Shown: piece by piece, positions 1 to 12,909 of the stretch
How positions within the stretch are numbered: position 1 is the stretch's first letter
Layout of the letters: every line of letters begins with the position of its first letter
Assembly (NCBI RefSeq): GCF_006345805.1
Contig: NC_043002.1
Coordinates: 89,528,001-89,592,000 of the forward strand
DNA length: 64,000 bases
DNA from: Octopus sinensis
Lineage: Eukaryota
Direction: 5' to 3'
Notes under the pieces: model-generated
What the model saw: only the letters and a program-made list of their open reading frames with translations
Database searches by the model: none
Told to the model about the DNA's origin: nothing
Position numbers and translations under genes: made by a program

Positions 1-1069
1 GAAAGAGATGGTTTGGTAAAATAGGGAAGTAAGGATGTTTTGACAGTTAGCTGAGGGATGAGTGGTACATATTCTGTTACTGATGGTCATGGCATTCAGC
101 AATCCACATTGCTTAATGTTGTATACCTCAGACCTTAAACAAACCTATATTCCAGCAATGGCAACCATCTCATCATTTTTACTATGTGTGCATGTGATTA
201 CTCAATGTGTTTTTCCTTTTGCAATACAGTAGGGACTGGATACAGAGAGATTTGGTTACTATTTCTAACTGGTTGGGACCAAGCAAGTAGAGGTTTCCTC
301 AATCGTTCTGTAGCCTTAGATTAACTGTAAGCTAGGTAACATATAGCACATGTATAACATTGTCTTTTGTTAGTAAGCATTATTTCCTATTTGTTTCTAT
401 CTAGAAATCAAAGGAAATGACTACTACTCCCTTCAAACTTTGCTTTTGTGACCTGGATTTCAGTGTTTTGAAACTGACCTATTTTTCATTACATTTAAGA
501 CATTCATTGATGAGTTGCTGAAGCAGAAATATTGTTATAGCAAATATTCAGTTCAATACCACAGATTTGCTTGACCTTAACCAATTGAGCATGTCCCTTA
601 GTGGCTGACAATATGTGCATCTCTGATCATGAGCAGGAGTAGTGGGGGAGCATCATAGCCATGTATTGAGAGGGTATTCTTTGGGGTTTGCATAAATGTA
701 AGAAAAGCAAAGTTTGAAGGAAATATTAGCCATTTTTTAATACTTTCTAGGGGTAAGCAAATAGGAAATAAAAGTTACCACCCAAGGACTAAAATCTGTT
801 ATAAATCTGTTAATTCTGTTGCAGAAGCGCAAACCTTTTCCAGATATACAAGGTCTGTGTCTAGTTGAGGATCTTTACTGCACACTCCAGCATGTAGTGA
901 AGATTCATATCATATGAGGTACCTCCTTAAATAGATATAACAAGAGCAACAGTATTTGGGGGTAGCTATTTAAATAAATGTAATCAACAACAACATTATC
1001 AAATGATATGTAGGTTTATTTGTTGTTGTACTTTATTTATACTTTAGAGCTGTTTAATAACTGAAGACC

Positions 1070-1163
1070 ATGTCATTTTATAAAGAATACAAAGTCTGGA
1101 ACACACAACATAATGTTCAAAAGGAAGTGAAAGCAGAAAGTCTGGAAGATTTGCTCATTAAAG
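1070..1163 (+). CDS. DFFA: DFFA/ICAD-like gene, coding exon 1 (start of CIDE-N domain)
   Basis: Acceptor tttag|1048, ATG at 1070, translation MSFYKEYKVWNTQHNVQKEVKAESLEDLLIK, donor AAG|gtaaat at 1164 (phase 1). Resembles the CIDE-N start (F/Y-K-V-W...K-x-V-x-A-x-SL-x-D/E-L). Confidence 0.85.
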
Positions 1164-2333
1164 GTAAATTATGACTTTTTTTTTGAAGATAGGATTGTTA
1201 TTGAAATTTGTTAAAATCCAACTTAACTTCTAATTTATTTTGCTTCAAGTTAGCTCTGGCTGAACAGACTTGCAATCAAGTTTTCCATTGTTCTGATAAT
1301 TCTATCAATTTTGTAGTTATTTCTAATAGATTGAACAGCCACGGGGGGGGGGGGGGGTCTCTTGTTGATAAGTGACACTGACATCACAAATTGCACTCTT
1401 ATCTTGATATCTCTAAATCATATTTGAAAGTGATATTGCTGTATTGTCATTATAACTTGTACTAAGACCCTTAAATGATATACATATTTCTTAAAGGCTT
1501 GTTGACTATGTAGAAGGATGAGGTTTGATAAGGTAAGAAAGTAAGGATGTTTCCACAATTTGCTGAGGGATTAGTGGTCCATATTTTATCACTGACATTC
1601 AGTATTTGCAAATCAGAACTGCTTTACTGTATTGGACATTCCTTTAAAGTCTATTTAAAAAAGATCACATACAAATCATATATTTTACACGAATGTCATT
1701 AATCTTTTATCAAAACTCAAAGTTAATGAAAGAAAATTCTAGTTTGACATATTAATTGGACATCTTAGATCACATAGAAATTAACATTTAAAATGAATCT
1801 TTATCAGCTCTATACTGTCTGTTCTTGAAGAATATGAAACTTCTTGCACTGGGTTTGATATGTATGAATACCTATAATACTGGCAACAGCAGAAAATATT
1901 GCAGTTTTAAACAGTTACTGATCTTATGCAGTACTGCAACAAATAATTGTGTATGACACATGGCAGATGCAGGTGATGTCCATTTTCAGTCTTCCATGGT
2001 AAAGTATTACCTTACTAGGAAATATGTAAGAATTGGCAACAGGAAGGGCATCTGGCCATAGAAAATCTTTCAATAAATTTTGTCTGACCCATGCAAGCAT
2101 GGAAAAGTGGACATTAAATGGTGAGTGTGATGATGGCATACATATACACACACACATTTAGTTACTAATGCTAACCACTTACCTATAATTTCCTTTCTCT
2201 TACTGCTGTCCCATTATTTGTTTTTCGCTACTAGTTGACTATATATCATATTGATTTAACCTTCCTCTTATTTCTATTGTCTCACCTCCATCACCATCAA
2301 CTTTAGACTTAATCTGTTGGGGCCCACTTTAAA

Positions 2334-2548
2334 CCCTTTAACATTCAGATTATTCTGTCAAATATGTGCTTATTTACATTGTTTTGAATGAATCCCACAT
2401 TATGTTGTAGCTATGAGATTTTCACGATTTGATTGCTTGCTTTTAGAATGACATTGTAGGGTAAGTGTGAGAGGCTAGATCCAGCTGGTTTGAACATAAA
2501 ACAGGTAGAATATTTAGGCTGGATATGGTCAGTTTGAATGCTAAAAGG
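2334..2548. mobile_element. TTAA-flanked MITE (piggyBac-type ends), family with related copies near 4530-4668, 10238-10451, 26650-26849
   Basis: Ends CCCTTTA(A/G)CATTCA...TGAATGCTAAA(A/G)GG with adjacent TTAA; shared internal sequence between copies. Confidence 0.6.
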
Positions 2549-2643
2549 TTAACACAACCAGTCGCTTTAGCAGAGTCCACTCTGTTGTAAGTATTCTCCA
2601 GTGTGAAGATTACCACCACTCACACCTCTTACTAGTCTCAGAG

Positions 2644-3028
2644 GTGGAGTCACAATGGCCCAGTGGTTAGGGCAGCAGACTCGCGGTCGTAGGATCGTGG
2701 TTTCGATTCCCAGACCGGGCGTTGTGAGTGTTTATTGAGCGAAAACACCTAAAAGCTCCATGAGGCTCCGGCAGGGGATGGTGGTGATCCCTGCTGTACT
2801 CTTTCACTACAACTTTCTCTCACTCTTACTTCCTGTTTCTGTTGTACCTGTATTTCAAGGGGCCAGCCTTGTCACTCTCTGTGTCACGCTGAATATCCCC
2901 GAGAACTACATTAAGGGTGCACGTGTCTGTGGAGTGCTCAGCCACTTACACGTTAATTTCACGAGCAGGCTGTTCCGTTGATTCGAGTCAACCGGAACCC
3001 TCATCGTCGTAACCGACGGAGTGCTTCC
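2644..3028 (+). mobile_element. tRNA-derived SINE (family A), full length with 13-bp TSD
   Basis: A-box-like TGGCCCAGTGG, B-box-like GTTTCGATTCC; TSD actagtctcagag at 2631-2643 and 3029-3041; near-identical copy at 7261-7631. Confidence 0.85.
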
Positions 3029-5035
3029 ACTAGTCTCAGAGACCCTAACAAAGGCCATGGCCACTGCCTTTCTTCCTCTGATTAAGCCATAAAAAAAAAC
3101 AAAAATACCCTTGCTTAAATCTTCCTTTCCAGAACAGTATTCCTTTCTCCTGGTATTTGTAACAAAAGCATTAACCATTATTAACTTCACAAAAAGCTGA
3201 GTATTTCCATTAACTCTGACAAACTGCTCAAGAGTAGATCTTATGGAACATTATGCATTTTTTAATATCTTGATTTTCGTGAAAATCTGGCATAATTTTA
3301 ATAGTAGCTGCCACTGTTGTTTTTCCATGCTTGCATAACTCTTTTCTATCTCATCACTTGTTGCAGTCCTTTGTCATCTTTATGAGAGACAAAGCATCAT
3401 TTTTCACCACTTTCTGTCTTCCTTCCACATACTTTTCGTTTGGATCACTTAATATTTCTTTACCCTGTAATCCTCCATACATATCTTTTACTTGTTTCAG
3501 TCATTAGACTGTGGCCATGTCGGGGCACCACCAGTAGTTTTTTTTACTTTACTTGATACTTACTTATTCTATTGGTTTCTTCTGCTGAACCACTCAGTTA
3601 CAAGAATGTAAACACAACACCACTAGTTGTCAAGCAGTGGTGAGGGACATACACTGATACAAGTCACACACATATATATGGGAAGCTTCTTTCAGTTTCC
3701 ATCTTCCAAATCCACCCACAAGGCTATAGTTGAAGGCACTTGACCAAGGTGCGATGCAGTGGGACTGAACCCAGAACCATGTGGTTGGGAAGCAAACTTA
3801 TTATACAGCCACGTTTGCACCTGTATCTTTTTTCTTGTGTATTACATCTAAGTCTTCTTATTTATGGTTTTTCTCCTTATCAATTTTTCATTTTTTTCTT
3901 GTTATTGATAATTCCTTAGTGTCTGTTAAGTTCCTTGTAGCCTATTAATGTATTTTTATAACATTTTCTAAAACATGTATATCTTGCTATTTGTAAATTA
4001 AAAATGTTGATTAAATTCTATTTCTATTTGGAATCTATGTGGGACAATATGCTAAATTTTTAGTATTATCTGTTACTCTAAATTTGATGTGATTTACCAG
4101 TTTACCATTTGAACGAATTAATTAGGTTCTGAGAGCAGGCTTTTCAGACAGGTGAGAATGCTGGGAATGATACACATTCTGAACACCTGTGGGGCAGGGA
4201 AAGAATGGAGAATATAGTTCAAATGTTTGTAGCAAAGTAAATTATACCTAAAGTATCCAAGGACCATGTAGTGGTATTCAAGTTGGCAGTGTGTTGACAA
4301 CCGACCATGAAATAATATGAAAGTGGAGCATGTTAGTGACCATTCATACAGGGTTATTAAAGTGGGCAGTGTGTTAAGTGCTTAACATATTGAATATCAT
4401 TGTGTAAAGGTGCATGTTCCTTCGGCTGCATAGAGGCCCTTTCCATTGGTTATTTTGTTTGCTGTTGTCTCTTTTAAACCGACCATATCAAGCTCAATTA
4501 TTGTACCTGTTTTATGTTCAGACAAGACAAATCTGGCTTCTCACACTTACCCTACAATGTCAATCTAAAAGTACACAGTCACAGCAAGATAATGAATGAT
4601 AAATGTAAAATGATGTGAATAAATAAGCTTTACAACTGACTGGGTGATCTGAATGCTTAAAGGGTAAAGGAAGAAAATATAATTTTCACTTCTGAAAGAG
4701 AAAGAATACATTATGTTTTGGTGCATTTTACCATTTGTTAACAAATAATATTTAACCCAATAGAGGCGGCGATCTGGCAGAGTTGTTAGCATGCTGGGCA
4801 AAACGCTTAGCAGCATTTCATCTGCCTTTTTATTGAGTTCAACTTCCAATGAGGTTCACTTTGCCTTTCATCCATTCAGCGTTGATAAAATAAGTACCAG
4901 TTGAACACAAGGGTCAACATAATCGACTTATACTCACCCCCAAATTACTGGTCTTGTGCTAAAATTTGAAACCAATATTTAACCCAATATTATATAAATT
5001 ATTAATAATATTACTTATTTTTTAAAAAATTCCAG

Positions 5036-5194
5036 CAAAAGCTGAATTTGGTATTGATTCTACAACGGAAGTAAAATTAGTTTTGGATGAAGATGGTACC
5101 GAAGTTGATGATGAAGACTACTTTCAATTTGTTTCTTCAGACACAACACTTCAAATTTTGTTATCATTTCAATCATGGTCACCAATCCATTTAT
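5036..5194 (+). CDS. DFFA: DFFA/ICAD-like gene, coding exon 2 (CIDE-N core)
   Basis: ttccag|5036, phase 1 matches exon 1; encodes AKAEFGIDSTTEVKLVLDEDGTEVDDEDYFQFVSSDTTLQILLSFQSWSPIHL with the CIDE-N signature LVLxEDGTEVDDExYF...W; donor T|gtgagt at 5195. Confidence 0.92.
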
Positions 5195-6051
5195 GTGAGT
5201 ATCCATTAATGACATACCTTATGTTTTCTCTTGAACGTCTTAATTAACAACTGTTATTTCAAATAAGAAAGTATAAAAAAAGTTTCTTCCTGAATACACA
5301 TGAGCAAATTTTGCATATATTTTTCTAATATTTCTGTACAATGTCAGATCAATAATTCTGTAAAGTCGTAGTAGCTATATTATTGGCAAGTCCTTTACAA
5401 GAAGAGTCAAGTATAAAACTACCACATTGCATTCAAGGCTATTGTAAATCCTACAGGTTGGAGATTTTTTTGGTATTGATTCCAATGTTGCAAGATGCTA
5501 CATGTAAAACAATGTCTTAGAGATTTCGTAGTTGGCATCAAGCTGAAGAAACCAAGCCAAAACAGACCATAGAGCCTGGTATGGCCCCTGGGCCTGCCAG
5601 TTCCTGCCAAACAGTCCAACCCATGCTGGCATGGAAAATGAACATTAAATGTTGATAATGAAGATGATGATGATAATTGCCTTTAAAAAGTTGTTCTGGA
5701 CTTATTTTTTTGCATGGTGACATTAATGGAGTAAATGGCTTGTCTCAACACCGTAGCAATTTCTCTGTTGGTGTTAGGAGAACACTGTTATCAAGCTGGT
5801 AGAGAATATTGAAGCAACCAATGTCTACACATATACAGATATTTTCCATATGCAACAACATTGTTTTTAATCTTGTCAGTTTATATCTATCCATGTTTTG
5901 AGGGTTTCAATAACTAGAAAAGAACCTTCATCACAGGGCTCTCAAGTCAATTAGAAATTATATTGTATTTTACATTTAATCTTTCTGGTTTGCATAAATT
6001 TATAAACTTAAGTTTTTCACATGTTGTTATAATAAGTATTTTATACTTAAA

Positions 6052-6449
6052 CTAGCAGTATCACCTGGCGTTGCTCGGGTTTGTAAGGGAAATAACTATA
6101 TAAGCATTTTTAGAGATGTAAAGTATAATAGCCATCTCAATATGGCTAACCACAAAGGGGGGGGGGTGTTACTGTAGCTTTTTACGTTCTGAGATTTAAT
6201 AATACATTTTTAGAGAGTTACTTCCCTTATATAAACGAGCGAAAATGCATTAAAAATACGGAAAAATTATGGTAAATTTTTTTTTAATCGTAGACTCATC
6301 GTAGACACGTGCTAATACCCAGAAGGGCTCGATATGAATCACGACTATAAGATACCCGATTTTGGTTAAACTGCACTGCAAAATGTGGGAGTAGTTAGGA
6401 ATCTAAATCGTAGGAGACAGACACACAACTTCTCTTTTATATATAAAGA
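6052..6449 (-). mobile_element. Non-autonomous Helitron
   Basis: On the minus strand it starts TC, ends with a degenerate version of the family hairpin (cccgagcaacgccagg) then CTAG, and sits between A and T; homologous to 42744-43138. Confidence 0.75.
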
Positions 6450-7260
6450 TTTCTGAGATGAGCTGCTGTTAACATGAGAATTTTTTTAACTGTTAATCTC
6501 ATCTTTAGAGTTGAACATTAAAAAACATATATACATGCACATTTCTCTTTCTAAATGTGTGTAACCATGCAACTCTTCCACAAGAACCTGCTCATCCCCT
6601 CCTTTTGTGCTTTAACTTTTGCCCCATCATAAAGCTGACTCACCCCCCGCTCCCTTGGAGCTTGTAGTCTCGTGAGTTTCATGATGACCTCAATAGTGCT
6701 TGTGGCATGAAAAAAAAGCACCCAGTACACTCTGTAAAGTGGTTGGCGTTAGCAAGGGTATTCAGCTGTAGAAACCATGCCAAAACAGACACTGGAGCAC
6801 AATGCAGTGCTTGGATCCTAACAAACCATCCAACCTATGCCAGCATGGAATGCAGATGATAATAAATGATTATGATGACTATTTTTCAGTTGATTTTTAC
6901 TGCAGATTGACATCAGACACTTTTACTTGATATTCTTTTCAATGCCTATTGTCATGATGACGATGAACAGATGAATTGAGTTGATTGAATTGCATGGAAT
7001 TTGCAGAAGAGGGAGACCCAGGAAAACAGGGGACAAAATAGTGAAGGCTTATCTCAAGATGCTGAATCTTATGGAGTGGATGACTGGTGATTTGCTATGC
7101 TTAAGAAGACCTCTCCATTACAACAGAAATGATATCCTAAAACTACTTAGGTTATGCTTCTGCTTGTAGGACCCTGTCCACCCCCCCCCCCATCTGCCCT
7201 GTTAGGCATTTTCCCACATTTCATCCCCTAACACCTCTCATTTCTCTATCTATAGTAATA

Positions 7261-7631
7261 TGGAAGCACTCCGTCGGTTACGACGACGAGGGTTCCGGTT
7301 GATCCGATCAACGGAACAGCCTGCTCGTGAAATTAACGTGTAAGTGGCTGAGCACTCCACAGACACGTGTACCCTTAACGCAGTTCTCGGGGATATTCAG
7401 CGTGACACAGAGAGTGACAAAGCCGGCCCTTTGAAATACAGGTACAACAGAAACAGGAAGTAAGAGTGAGAGAAAGTTGTGGTGAAAGAGTACAGCAGGG
7501 ATCACCACCATCCCCTGCCGGAGCCTAGTGGAGCTTTTAGGTGTTTTCGCTCAATAAACACTCACAACGCCCGGTCTGGGAAGTGAAACCGTGAGTCCGC
7601 TGCCCTAACCACTGGGCCATTGCGCCTCCAC
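7261..7631 (-). mobile_element. tRNA-derived SINE (family A), second full copy
   Basis: Reverse complement of 2644-3028; near-TSD atct(a/g)tagtaata at 7248-7260 and 7635-7647. Confidence 0.85.
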
Positions 7632-8055
7632 GTCATCTGTAGTAATACTCAGTTGCTGTAATCACTTTCATTTCTCATTATCATCTCTGTCCACACTATT
7701 TTCATCAGTCACCTCCTTTTCTGCCTTCAGCTACAGCTTATCCCTCTTACCTATCATTCTCAATGCCCTCTCACATCTAACATCACACCCCCACTTACCA
7801 TCATAGTCCTCTTGAGACACAACACGGAATGTATTGGACACCATCTGACAATATCTGTTTCCTGTCTGGAAGCTGAATATGAATGAAGGCATTAGTATCT
7901 ACAGTTGATGTATCTAATAGCAACTGTGACCATCCATCACTTGGTTGATAATGGATGACATTTACTACATTGATAATGAGTTAATTACTACCCTTTTAGT
8001 GATTGGAATTATTTAGCCTTCGCTACCATGCCTGTTGTTTGATATCTTCATTAAA

Positions 8056-8276
8056 CCCTTTCGTTACTGTATTTATGTTGAGATGCTCTGTGTTTCTTTC
8101 AATTATTTTAAATATAACAAAGAATTTAGTAAAATAACTTAGCTATCATTAAGCTAGTGTTAGGAATATAAATTGCAACTAATGTTTGGTGGTATATTTT
8201 GATGCAAAACTTATGAAAATAAGACATTTGTACTACAGAGCCAGAGCCGGTTCTGGCCGGGTTAGTAATGAAAGGG
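8056..8276. mobile_element. TTAA-flanked MITE (piggyBac-type ends), second family
   Basis: ttaa(a)-CCCTTTCGTTAC ... GTAATGAAAGGG-ttaa; same right end recurs at about 43455-43470. Confidence 0.6.
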
Positions 8277-8726
8277 TTAAATTCATAGTGAACTGGGTTC
8301 CATTTCTTTGAATACTAAAACTGAATGTTTAAACTAAATAAATTCCTCTTATGACAAAACAATTGCTAGGAATCATTTTATTTAGTTGAAATGTTTGATT
8401 TCAGTTGTCTGTATGTATAAGTGTATGCTTGCTATTTTTGCAAATGGTAGCTGACAACCTTCAGCCGTAGTTCACCATAAAGCACCTGGATCAGGACAAC
8501 GATTTCAAAGCAAAAGTAAAAAATATATATTTTAACTTAAAGCACCATAACTTATGTGTAAGAGTTCAGCTTTACAAATTAAAAACAAATTTGTGAGTAC
8601 ATTGTTTAAAATATACTCCATTTCCAATGTACAGAATGACAAAGATGAGTTGGAGTATACTTCTCATTGCAGATTTCACTCCTGGAAATCACTCCTATGA
8701 TGTAATATGGAAAAATAAATAGGAAG

Positions 8727-9596
8727 TTATAATACTGTTGTAAAGTTCTTGAAAATCAGTTTAGTTGGTACATTGTCTCTTTTAATCTTACCGACTTCAT
8801 CATCTTCATAGGTATTGGCAGGAGTGGGAAAACCATCATCGAAAGGAAGTTGGTCTTCTTCTAAAAAGTCATTAAACTCTTCTTCAGTGTTAAGACAGAA
8901 ATTATGTAAGACACAGCAAGCCATTATCACATTTGGAATGAGTGCAGTGCGGGTCATTCCAACAAATTGTAGTCGACACCATCGACCTCGAAGCAGATTA
9001 AAAGCTTGTTGTGTAACCAGTCGAGTTTCAGTTAATCTTTTATTGTACTCTTGCTGATCTGGAACGAGGCAAGTTTCATCTAAGAAAGGGGTCAACAACC
9101 ATTTTTTCAGTGGATATGCTGCAGCCCCAAGCAAGTGTATGTCTTCTTTAATAAAGAAATTTGTTGGATTATTTTCTATTTCATGGAATATATCTGATTC
9201 ACACAAAACAACAGAATCATGGACAGAACCAGGCCAGCCAGTATAACAATCAGTAAACTTCATGTTGTGATCACAGATTGTCTGTAATACCATTGTATGA
9301 GTCTTTTTACGGTTGATGTATACTTCAGGGTGGTCTTTTGGGCTGAGAATTGATATGTGTGTAGTAGCCATGATACCAAGAACATTTGGAAATGCACTGA
9401 TGTTGTAGAAACCTTGAACAATGTCTTCAACCTCGGTTTGGTTTGGCCATTTGATAACAACTGTTTTCAGTTTGTTTAATCCTTTGATTATGCTGTCAAG
9501 AATAACTGATGCAGAAGATTCACAGACTTGAAATTGTTTTGCAATGTTACGTACTGATTCACCTTTGGCACCAAGAAACCGCAAACACATCAGCAC
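8727..9596 (-). CDS. Harbinger-transposase-derived (HARBI1/ALP1-like) gene, coding exon 2 (DDE_Tnp_4-like domain, catalytic triad substituted)
   Basis: Acceptor ttttaccattcag|GTG exactly at the start of the 289-codon ORF, phase 0; motifs FPNVLG..TH, YINRK, LQTICD, GWPGSVHD, YPLKKWLLTPF, AF.LLRGRW, ACCVLHN. Joined protein 413 aa with no stops or frameshifts. Confidence 0.9.
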   Translation of the reverse strand: MLMCLRFLGAKGESVRNIAKQFQVCESSASVILDSIIKGLNKLKTVVIKWPNQTEVEDIVQGFYNISAFPNVLGIMATTHISILSPKDHPEVYINRKKTHTMVLQTICDHNMKFTDCYTGWPGSVHDSVVLCESDIFHEIENNPTNFFIKEDIHLLGAAAYPLKKWLLTPFLDETCLVPDQQEYNKRLTETRLVTQQAFNLLRGRWCRLQFVGMTRTALIPNVIMACCVLHNFCLNTEEEFNDFLEEDQLPFDDGFPTPANTYEDDEVGKIKRDNVPTKLIFKNFTTVL

Positions 9597-12292
9597 CTGA
9601 ATGGTAAAATGTTTATAGCAAATAATAATCCAGAATGAAAGTAGGAAAATGTAGACTAAACATCAATATACAAAATGTGAAAGCTTGAGAAATCTGTAGT
9701 TTTTTTTTAAAGCATAGGTCAGATAGATTTTAATATTTCAACTATTCCTTAAGACAACAGCATACCTTTATCTCCTTAAATAATTAGTTTCATCTTTCAG
9801 TTCTTCTTAAGGCAAAACAGGTTTGTAAATTAAAGTATTTTAAAGATGTGTATTTGTGAAAATGAAGGTTCACAGTTTGTAAACCATTACCATTGTGCCC
9901 TCAGCAAAGAAAATCAACAATTGCTGGCTCAGAAATTCTAATTACAGCTCAGTGACATAAGTACTGAACAGTGTATTTGTGTTCTGAGTATTTTATTAAT
10001 TAACAGTGTTAAGTTTAAACCTTTCAGCTCTAAGAGCAAAGAAGGAGTGGATGTCATCAGTAGAATAACAGGGAGATGGTCTGTAGTATAAAGTGATACG
10101 GAGACAAGTCAAAAACTGTTTACATGTCCTTTTATAATGATATTGATAAAAAATATTACAAAAAACAAAGAATTAATTTTGCAACTAAAAATTTATGACC
10201 CCCATTTGATTATAGAAACACTGATTAGCTCTGTTAACCCTCTAGCATTTAAAGCAGCTATAATATATTCTCTAGCTACATTATGTTGAAACTGGCCAGA
10301 TCCAGCCTCTTGCATCTATCCTACAATGTTATTATAAAAGTAAACAGTCACATCATTGAAATCTCAAAGCTGTGAGATAATGCATGATGAATTCAAAGCA
10401 ATGTGAATAAATAAGCATTTCATTTGACAGAGTAATCTGAATGCTAAAGGGTTTATCTTCAAAATACCTGTCATCATCATCATCGTTTAACGTCCGCTTT
10501 CCATGCTGGCATGAGTTGGACGGTTTGACTGAGGACCGGTGAGCCAGAGGCTGCACCAGGCTCATGCATTTAATTTCAAAGGAAACAAAATGGGATGATA
10601 ATAATAATAATACAAAAACGATGGAAATTATTCCTTCCAATAGCTGAATGTGTCAACTGCCTTCGATATGCTAGTAAACCAATGTCTCAGTGCTGATTTT
10701 CCATTAGAACTGTGCAATTAATATGAAGAATGTTGTCCTCATCTATATATTCAATCATTATTATTAAGCAAATGTAAACCAAATTACAAAAGAATTTAGG
10801 GATAGCATTTGTTCTCTTGTACCAGTGCTGTAACTAACATTGTGGCATTTTATTTTGAGGCAAAGCAGGCTAGATAAGTTACTGATTAGTCCTTGGACAC
10901 TTTCAATATGCTATCTCCTCTCTATCTTTTCTACTGACACTATAATATCCTCTGATCCTCAGAGCTAGCTGGATTCATACTGTCTCACACAGGCATCCCA
11001 GAGCCATTAATTTCTGCTCCTTTTATCGCCCTTTTTGTGTACCAGCTTCAGACCCCATACTAATCACGTAATCCCAGTCCTTCTTTCTCCAAATGCTGTC
11101 CTCTGGACTGATGTTCAGAGAAGTCTAACTCTTGAATCTTTTCATGCATCATGTATCATTATTCACCTGTTCTTAGCTACTCTACTGTTTAAAATAGTCA
11201 GCGGCGAACACCAATTAGCAATAGTTTCTTGAGAATGTTTGATCACTTGTTTTTGAAAGACTTCAGTATGAGAGAGCAAGCGAGAAGGGATTTCCCCTCA
11301 AAGCGCTCAGTTTGAAGGAATTGGAAGGTCTGTCTTGTCCTGTTTTTCTCGTGTTGGATCAGCAAAGCTACTTTGTCAAAAATAATTTACATTTAAAAAA
11401 TGGCTACATAGACTGTGTGCCACGGGCTAACTTCTTCCTTTCAATAATTAACCTGTAATCCTAACTGAAAACAAACAAGTAAAGCATTAACATTATACTT
11501 CTACAAGTTACACAGAAAGAACAAAACCAAGATAGATAGGTTTGTTTCGCAATCTAACAGAAATAACCCGTAATAAAATATTTTCTTTAAACGTTTTAAA
11601 GATTCGAGATGTATTAAGATCATTTTTCGGACGATGAATCTCCTCAAAATATTTAATTAACCTATGAGTTTGCTGCCTTTAGGTTTTGTTGACGAAAAAT
11701 TAAAGGAGCATCTAATTTTTAATATTAAAAATATTTGTTACATTGGGATGACGAGTTTTGTGGTGTTGTCTTCGTATACACTCAACAGACGACGAATAAC
11801 TTTTATGTTGTTCTCCGTTAAGTCAGCCAGGATTTGAGGGAGACTTAGCTGCTATTTCCTTAGAGACTGTCGTTGTAGAGTTGAACATCAGTTTATTATT
11901 CTACATTTTACTGAATGAAGCAGCAGAGAAATAATTGTCAAAATACCAAAATTATAACTAACACCATGAAATTATGTATGAAGTCTATTTCCTTACGTGA
12001 TTTTTGCCATTTTAATTTTCCATGCTAAAATACGAAAGTACTTAAGACAGTATATAGTGGTATATATTCAAATTAACGAGGTTGGTTCAGTAAATTTTTA
12101 CGCCGTTGGTTCTACGTAGTCACTCGATTTGCTAGAAATAGCAATCAAATCTTCTGTAAATCACACACATTGCAGTTTTAAGAAATATAAAATAAAAGGA
12201 AGCACATGTTAAAATAACGTCCTAGATATACTTATATCACAGATGTTGGTAGTAAATACATTGTTTATTTAATGTTATTATTGTATGTTTAC

Positions 12293-12664
12293 CTTCCTGT
12301 CCAACGGAACTGGTTTCCTGCCTCGGGTTTGATTCTCTCTCAGGATATGCGGCGATAGGTTTGAACATAGTATTTCGAATGTTTCCGGATCCATTCGAAA
12401 ATGTTGACGGAATTGGTTGTCCCTAAAATTAAATAACACATCTCTTTCGCTTGAACCTCGTGCTTGAGCTTTGCTTTGTTTGTTAGATGTTGCCGCCGAT
12501 TCACCTTTCCTCGCTAACGTCGCCAGCAACGAGGTCGCCATATTATTATCCCTGTTGCCAGACAAGCTATTTTTTCTGAGAGGATAACAATCATCCATTA
12601 GAAACAGATCGCATGCTGCATACAAAGTAGCTAGAAAAGCCGTATCTTCCTGAGAAACTTCCAT
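12293..12664 (-). CDS. Harbinger-transposase-derived (HARBI1/ALP1-like) gene, coding exon 1
   Basis: ATG at 12664; 124 codons including the Harbinger N-terminal motif FRQHFRMDPETFEILC; ends RKPVPLDRK with donor AAG|gtaaac (intron starts 12292, phase 0). Confidence 0.85.
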
Positions 12665-12909
12665 AGCTGTTAGAATTTAGTCAACTTGTGATTAGTTGTC
12701 GTTCACAACATACATGAATGGAATTCAATGCCAAACGCGCGTGGATTGCTCATTCATAAAATATTACTCAGAACGAGGCTCCTCCTCCTCCTCCCTTTAC
12801 TCAACAGATTTTTTCATAATTTAATAATTTTTAAATTCAAATCTTGCTATAATTCCAATTTTAACTCATATATTAAATTTTTAGTCCCAAAATAAATATA
12901 TCGTCATCG

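Noticed and set aside
2644-2720. tRNA gene
   Set aside because: The tRNA-like head runs into a SINE body with TSDs; no proper acceptor stem.
8815-9460. Overlapping 80-aa (+) and 66-aa (-) ORFs
   Set aside because: Shadow frames of the Harbinger-derived CDS.
8727-12664. Assigning the symbol HARBI1
   Set aside because: Family membership is clear but orthology to vertebrate HARBI1 needs a phylogeny; an independent domestication is equally possible.
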